Source of the DNA: Octopus sinensis
Lineage: Eukaryota
Assembly: GCF_006345805.1 (NCBI RefSeq)
Contig: NW_021834796.1
Coordinates: forward strand, 1 to 45,585
Direction: 5' to 3'
DNA length: 45,585 bases
Below are positions 41,652 to 45,585 of this stretch, in pieces. The translations under genes and the position numbers were made by a program. Positions within the stretch are counted from its first letter, which is position 1. Each line of letters starts with the position of its first letter. The notes beneath the pieces are model-generated. The model had not been told where the DNA came from. It did no database searches and was given only the letters and a program-made list of their open reading frames with translations.

Positions 41652-42021
41652 CGTTGAATAAAAACACTTTTAAATATTTTTTGCTGTTTTTAACCTTCTC
41701 TTAATAAATCTGAACTCAGTTATTTCGTCTGATACGAATACGAAACTAACATGACGTTGAAATCGGAATCAAGAGTTTAAACCTTAAACTCCATGTTTAA
41801 GTTAAAGATAATGGAAAGACGATGGACTCGTTCGATTGTTTTAAAGCAATTTGTGTTAAATATTTGGTTTCTGGAAAAAAATTTCATTGAAAGTTACTTT
41901 CTACACTCGATATACGAAGGTAAATGAATTACATTTTGAGATTTTTCGTTTGACTTTGGGAAAAATCACCCCTAGTGATGCTTCGTAACTCTAGAAAAAA
42001 ATTGATAGAGTGAGGGACTGA

Positions 42022-42022
<1 letters not shown>

Positions 42023-42073
<51 letters not shown>

Positions 42074-42085
42074 AGAGAGAGAGAG
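42023..42085. repeat. Compound (TA)n-(GA)n microsatellite
   Basis: Direct reading. Confidence 0.95.
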
Positions 42086-42662
42086 AAGCAGATTCTAACA
42101 GATAAATAATTTGACAGCAATAGATGAAGTCAGAAGAAGCAAATACGGAACTACAGCGGCTGCAAATGAGTTTCTGACTTTTCGCAAAGCATTGTGGGAT
42201 TGTCGTTTCAATATTAATGGCGGCGAGTTTGTAAAAAATCTGAATTCAATTTCTGAACTTTTCTGTCTTCAATCTGAAAATATTTGCCTTGTTTATTCAC
42301 TGAATATTGTTTGTAAGTTTGAGCTTGTATGAATACATATTACTTAAAAGGATTTTAATGAGTAACGATTGTAAACAAACAGGAATTGTGAATGAAGTCA
42401 ACAGAAGAATTTCCGAAAAAGTAAGAATTTATTAATATTTTTGTCTTAAGTTTTGTGTCAATTATGATGTATTGGGATAAATATATTGATTCTTAAACAA
42501 GAGACCCTTTTCTACCACCTACCTTCACACACACACACGTTTAGACGTTCACATGATTAACAAGGCTAACGTGGGGTGGCTAGAAATAGCAGTCAAATTA
42601 CTCTCAGATCCATACAAGGAGCCCAATAACAAATCAACTTAGTTGTTTATGAAAGAAATCGT

Positions 42663-44570
42663 GGTTAATATAGGGCGTAACAAATATCAGAAAATCAAAA
42701 AAAAAATGTGTGTAATAGGTGTAAAACAACTTCCTATGAACGAATATGAAAAAAAAAATTCGCGCACGCGAAAGGGGGGTGGGGGAGAGGCCTCGAAAAT
42801 TCACATCGGGAAGTTCCGAAAGCGTCTGAGGGGCTGACCGGGCACCAAAACAAAAAAAAATAGTGTAATATGTGTAAAACAACTTGCTCTAAACGAATAT
42901 GAAAAAAAAATGCGCTCTCGAGAAAGAGGGGTGGGGGAGAGGCCTCGGAATATTTATATCGGGAATTTCCGAAAGCATCTGAACCGGGCACCAAAACAAA
43001 AACAGCGTAATAGGTGTAAAACAACTTGCTCTAAACGACTATCATGAAAAAAATGCGCGCTCGCGAAAGGGGGGGGGGAGAGGCTTCGGAAAGTTCACAT
43101 CTTCAGTCCACGGCCTTTAAACTAAGAAAAAATAGTGTAATTGGTGTAAAACTACTTGTTCTAACGAGTATCAAGACACACACACTCACACATGAATCAT
43201 AAACTCCGTATTTCGAAAAAAAAAAATAAAGAGAAGAAATTCTGGAAAAGTGAAGAAATGTTGGATCTCCGCCATGTGAATCAAAATACGTTTCAGAAAC
43301 ATCTTGAAATACTACAGAAATTATGTTACGAAAATGATAATGTATACATACCTCTTTGAGTGGTCCATCGACAATGATGATAAAGAAATGAGTTGGATTT
43401 GAACTCAGAATATTGACTAACACAACTACATACTACAAGACTCAAAATATTCAGCCAAGTCACCACCCTTTAACTAGCAATGATAATAACATCAATAACA
43501 TAAAAGCCAAAAGATTTATTTGTTCTGAAAATAACAATCATAGTAAATAAATATGTTCTTTAATATTCACATTCATGTGCACAGTTAAACACACTTACAT
43601 ACAAACAGTCACGCATGCATAATACAGAACGGAACACATAAATGAAGGATGCATTACTTAGTATATATTACATCTAGAGAATTTTGATTAATAAGTCAAA
43701 TATGCAAATTATAAAGATAATTAATTGCTTTACTAAACAGTGTTGTAAAGGTGAAAAAATAAATTTGGGAAAAAAATACACGCCAAAACTAATTAATAAA
43801 GGATAATTAGGGAAGGATTGACACAAAATAATAATTTTTTCTGTCTCTTTTTTTCTGATAAATGCATTAATAAGTGAGAAGAATTGCATATATCTGAACT
43901 ATTTCAAAGAAAAGCATAAATTTAATGTTTAAAATAGCTTTAACCAAGAATGAGATCCGACATTTCTTCATTTAATCCAGAATTTCTTCTCTTTATTTTT
44001 TTTTTGCGAAATACGGAGTTTATGATTCATGTGTGAGTGTGTGTTCTTGATACTCGTTTAGAACAAGTAGTTTTACACCAATTACACTATTTTTCTTAGT
44101 TTAAAGGCCGTGGACTGAGATGTGAACTTTCCGAAGCCTCTCCCCCACCCCCCTTTCGCGAGCGCGCATTTTTTTCATGATAGTCGTTTAGAGCAAGTTG
44201 TTTTACACCTATTACGCTGTTTTTTGTTTTTGTTTTTGTGCCCGGTTCAGACGCTTTCGGAAATTCCCGATATAAATATTCCGAGGCCTCTCCCCCACCC
44301 CTCTTTCGCGAGAGCGCATTTTTTTTGTCATATTCGTTTAGAGCAAGTTGTTTTACACATATTACACTATTTTTTTTTTGTTTTGGTGCCCGGGTCAGCT
44401 CCTCAGACGCTTTCGGAACTTCCCGATGTGAATTTTCCGAGGCCTCTCCCCCACCCCCCTTTCGCGTGCGCGAATTTTTTTTTTCATATTCGTTCATAGG
44501 AAGTTGTTTTACACCTATTACACACATTTTTTTTTTGATTTTCTGATATTTGTTACGCCCTATATTAACC
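42663..44570. mobile_element. Non-autonomous foldback-type DNA transposon with ~610-bp TIRs and 8-bp TSD
   Basis: TIRs 42663-43269 and 43952-44570, termini GGTTAATATAGGGCG...CGCCCTATATTAACC; GAAATCGT duplicated at 42655-42662 and 44571-44578; each TIR is built of ~130-153-bp subrepeats; ~680-bp AT-rich spacer with no transposase. Confidence 0.9.
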
Positions 44571-44600
44571 GAAATCGTTATTTAGAGAGTGAAAACGTGT

Positions 44601-44764
44601 TTTTCTCTCTTTTTTGCTGGATCACCGACTTTGGTCGAGTAAATCGACCCCAGGACTTATTCTTTGTAAGCCTAGTACTTATTCTATCGGTCTCTTTTGC
44701 CGTAAACACAGCATCGGTTGCCAAGCGGTGTTGGGGGGGGGGCAAACATATACATACACACACT

Positions 44765-44798
<34 letters not shown>
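44601..44798 (-). mobile_element. 3' half of a tRNA-derived SINE (octopus-type), including its central (TA)n/(TG)n tract
   Basis: Minus strand reads GGCAAAAGAGACCGATAGAATAAGTACTAGGCTTACAAAGAATAAGTCCTGGGGTCGATTT, matching from memory the 3' part of an abundant octopus SINE; same orientation as the head at 45418-45534. Confidence 0.7.
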
Positions 44799-44801
<3 letters not shown>

Positions 44802-44926
44802 GAGTGTAGAAATTCGGGGTGAGTACTTGATAATTATAAGCACCTGTGTATACCGTTTGGTGGTGTAGGTGGTGGAGTAAATTGATCAAAATAAAAATAA
44901 AAATAAAAACATGAGGCGAAGGATTC

Positions 44927-45004
44927 AGCGGTACATATGTTTCGGGCCTATTAGACAGATACATAACAAATCATAATGTATGTCTGTGGCCTTCTTCAGC
45001 CGCT
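44927..45004 (-). ncRNA. Type I hammerhead ribozyme (left arm of palindrome B)
   Basis: Reverse complement of 45265-45344 apart from a 2-nt indel in the helix II bulge; core intact. Confidence 0.78.
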
Positions 45005-45264
45005 CACAACAGCTTCCACAAGGACATGTGTTAGTTCCGAAATTCTTGGCTGGGGATGCAAATCTTCTCGTTCCCGTACGACAAAATGCGGCAGCAGCAT
45101 CGAATTGAATCGTCCATCTCACTTCTTCTCTACATTGAGAGAAGAAGTGAGATGGACGATTCAATTCGATGCTGCTGCCGCATTTTGTCGTACGGAAACG
45201 AGAAGATTTGCATCCCCAGCCAAGAATTTCGGAACTAACACATGTCCTTGTGGAAGCTGTTGTG

Positions 45265-45344
45265 AGCGGCTGAAGAAGGCCACAGACATACATTATGATT
45301 TGTTATGTATCTGTCTAATAAAGGCCCGAAACATATGTACCGCT
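45265..45344 (+). ncRNA. Type I hammerhead ribozyme (right arm of palindrome B)
   Basis: Helix I AGCGG/CCGCT; CTGAAGA 45270-45276; helix II GGCC/GGCC (A.C mismatch at the first position) extended by ACAG..ATACAT/ATGTATCTGT; GAAAC 45328-45332; palindromic loop ATAT; GTA triplet 45337-45339. Confidence 0.8.
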
Positions 45345-45417
45345 GAATCCTTCGCCTCATGTTTTTATTTTTATTTTTATTTTGATCAATTTATATATAT
45401 ATATATATATATATATA

Positions 45418-45534
45418 ACGACGGTCTTCTTCAGTTTCCGTCTACCAAATCCACTCACAAGGTACCATGCAGTGGGATAGAATCCGGAAGGTTCGTAAGC
45501 AAGCTACTTACCACACAGCCACTCATATATATAC
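45418..45534 (-). mobile_element. 5' head of the tRNA-derived SINE (Pol III A/B boxes)
   Basis: Minus strand GAGTGGCTGTGTGGTAAG (A-box-like TGGCTGTGTGG), degenerate B box GGATTCTATCCC (45474-45485), then TTGTGAGTGGATTTGGTAGACGGAAACTG running into (TA)n 45392-45417. Confidence 0.72.
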
Positions 45535-45585
45535 ACATACACACGACTGGTTTTATTCATTTTCCAGGTACCCAATAGACTCAAA

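Larger units (their letters stand above)
44799..45393. mobile_element. Probable Penelope-like-element-derived inverted element B (palindrome plus ~80-bp one-sided extension), inserted in the (TA)n of a SINE
   Basis: Hammerhead in each arm reading outward; unpaired 44799-44877 extends the left arm; (TA)n on both sides. Confidence 0.65.
44878..45393. repeat. Palindrome B: ~254-bp inverted arms with 6-nt spacer ACATTG (45132-45137)
   Basis: CTTCTTCTCT-ACATTG-AGAGAAGAAG at the centre; ends TAAATTGATC and GATCAATTTA; I saw one substitution and one 2-nt indel between arms. Confidence 0.97.

Noticed and set aside
41729-41757. CTGATACGA...CGAAAC hammerhead-like string
   Set aside because: The core has extra bases, and helix II and a properly placed NUH are missing.
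42111-42332. 73-aa ORF and AATGGCGGCG (YY1-like) motif at 42216-42225
   Set aside because: No recognisable homology or splice context, and a single short motif cannot support a promoter or gene.
43103-43470. 106-aa minus-strand ORF and B-box-like GGATTTGAACTCAGAA (43395-43410) in the foldback spacer
   Set aside because: No DDE or other recognisable motif. The B-box-like string may be an old SINE remnant but is too short to call.
44925-45578. 200-aa and 122-aa ORFs across palindrome B
   Set aside because: They are mirror images produced by the palindrome, run into (TA)n, and contain no recognisable domain.

Overview
Eukaryotic, non-genic, repeat-dominated window. The SINE and RTE tail sequences resemble those I recall from octopus genomes; this host call is inference. 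Bases 1-27440 are a 65-bp satellite (~420 monomers) that abuts a 34-bp satellite (27441-36882, ~278 monomers); both show higher-order structure. The last 8.7 kb is a stack of mobile elements, mostly inside (TA)n tracts: a short and a long 5'-truncated RTE-clade LINE (open RT ORF with a PHD finger between the RT core and thumb, plus a 193-bp tandem array in the 3' UTR), a 1.9-kb foldback-type DNA transposon with ~610-bp TIRs and a perfect 8-bp TSD, a split tRNA-derived SINE, and two unrelated near-perfect palindromes (1.6 kb and 0.5 kb). The main finding is that each arm of both palindromes carries a minimal type I hammerhead ribozyme of the Penelope-like-element kind, reading outward from the centre. 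Both elements have a one-sided 3' extension and (TA)n on both flanks, suggesting (TA)n-targeting, hammerhead-bearing, inverted non-autonomous retroelements. No host protein-coding gene, rRNA, tRNA or CRISPR array is supported, and nearly all ORF-track entries are repeat artefacts.
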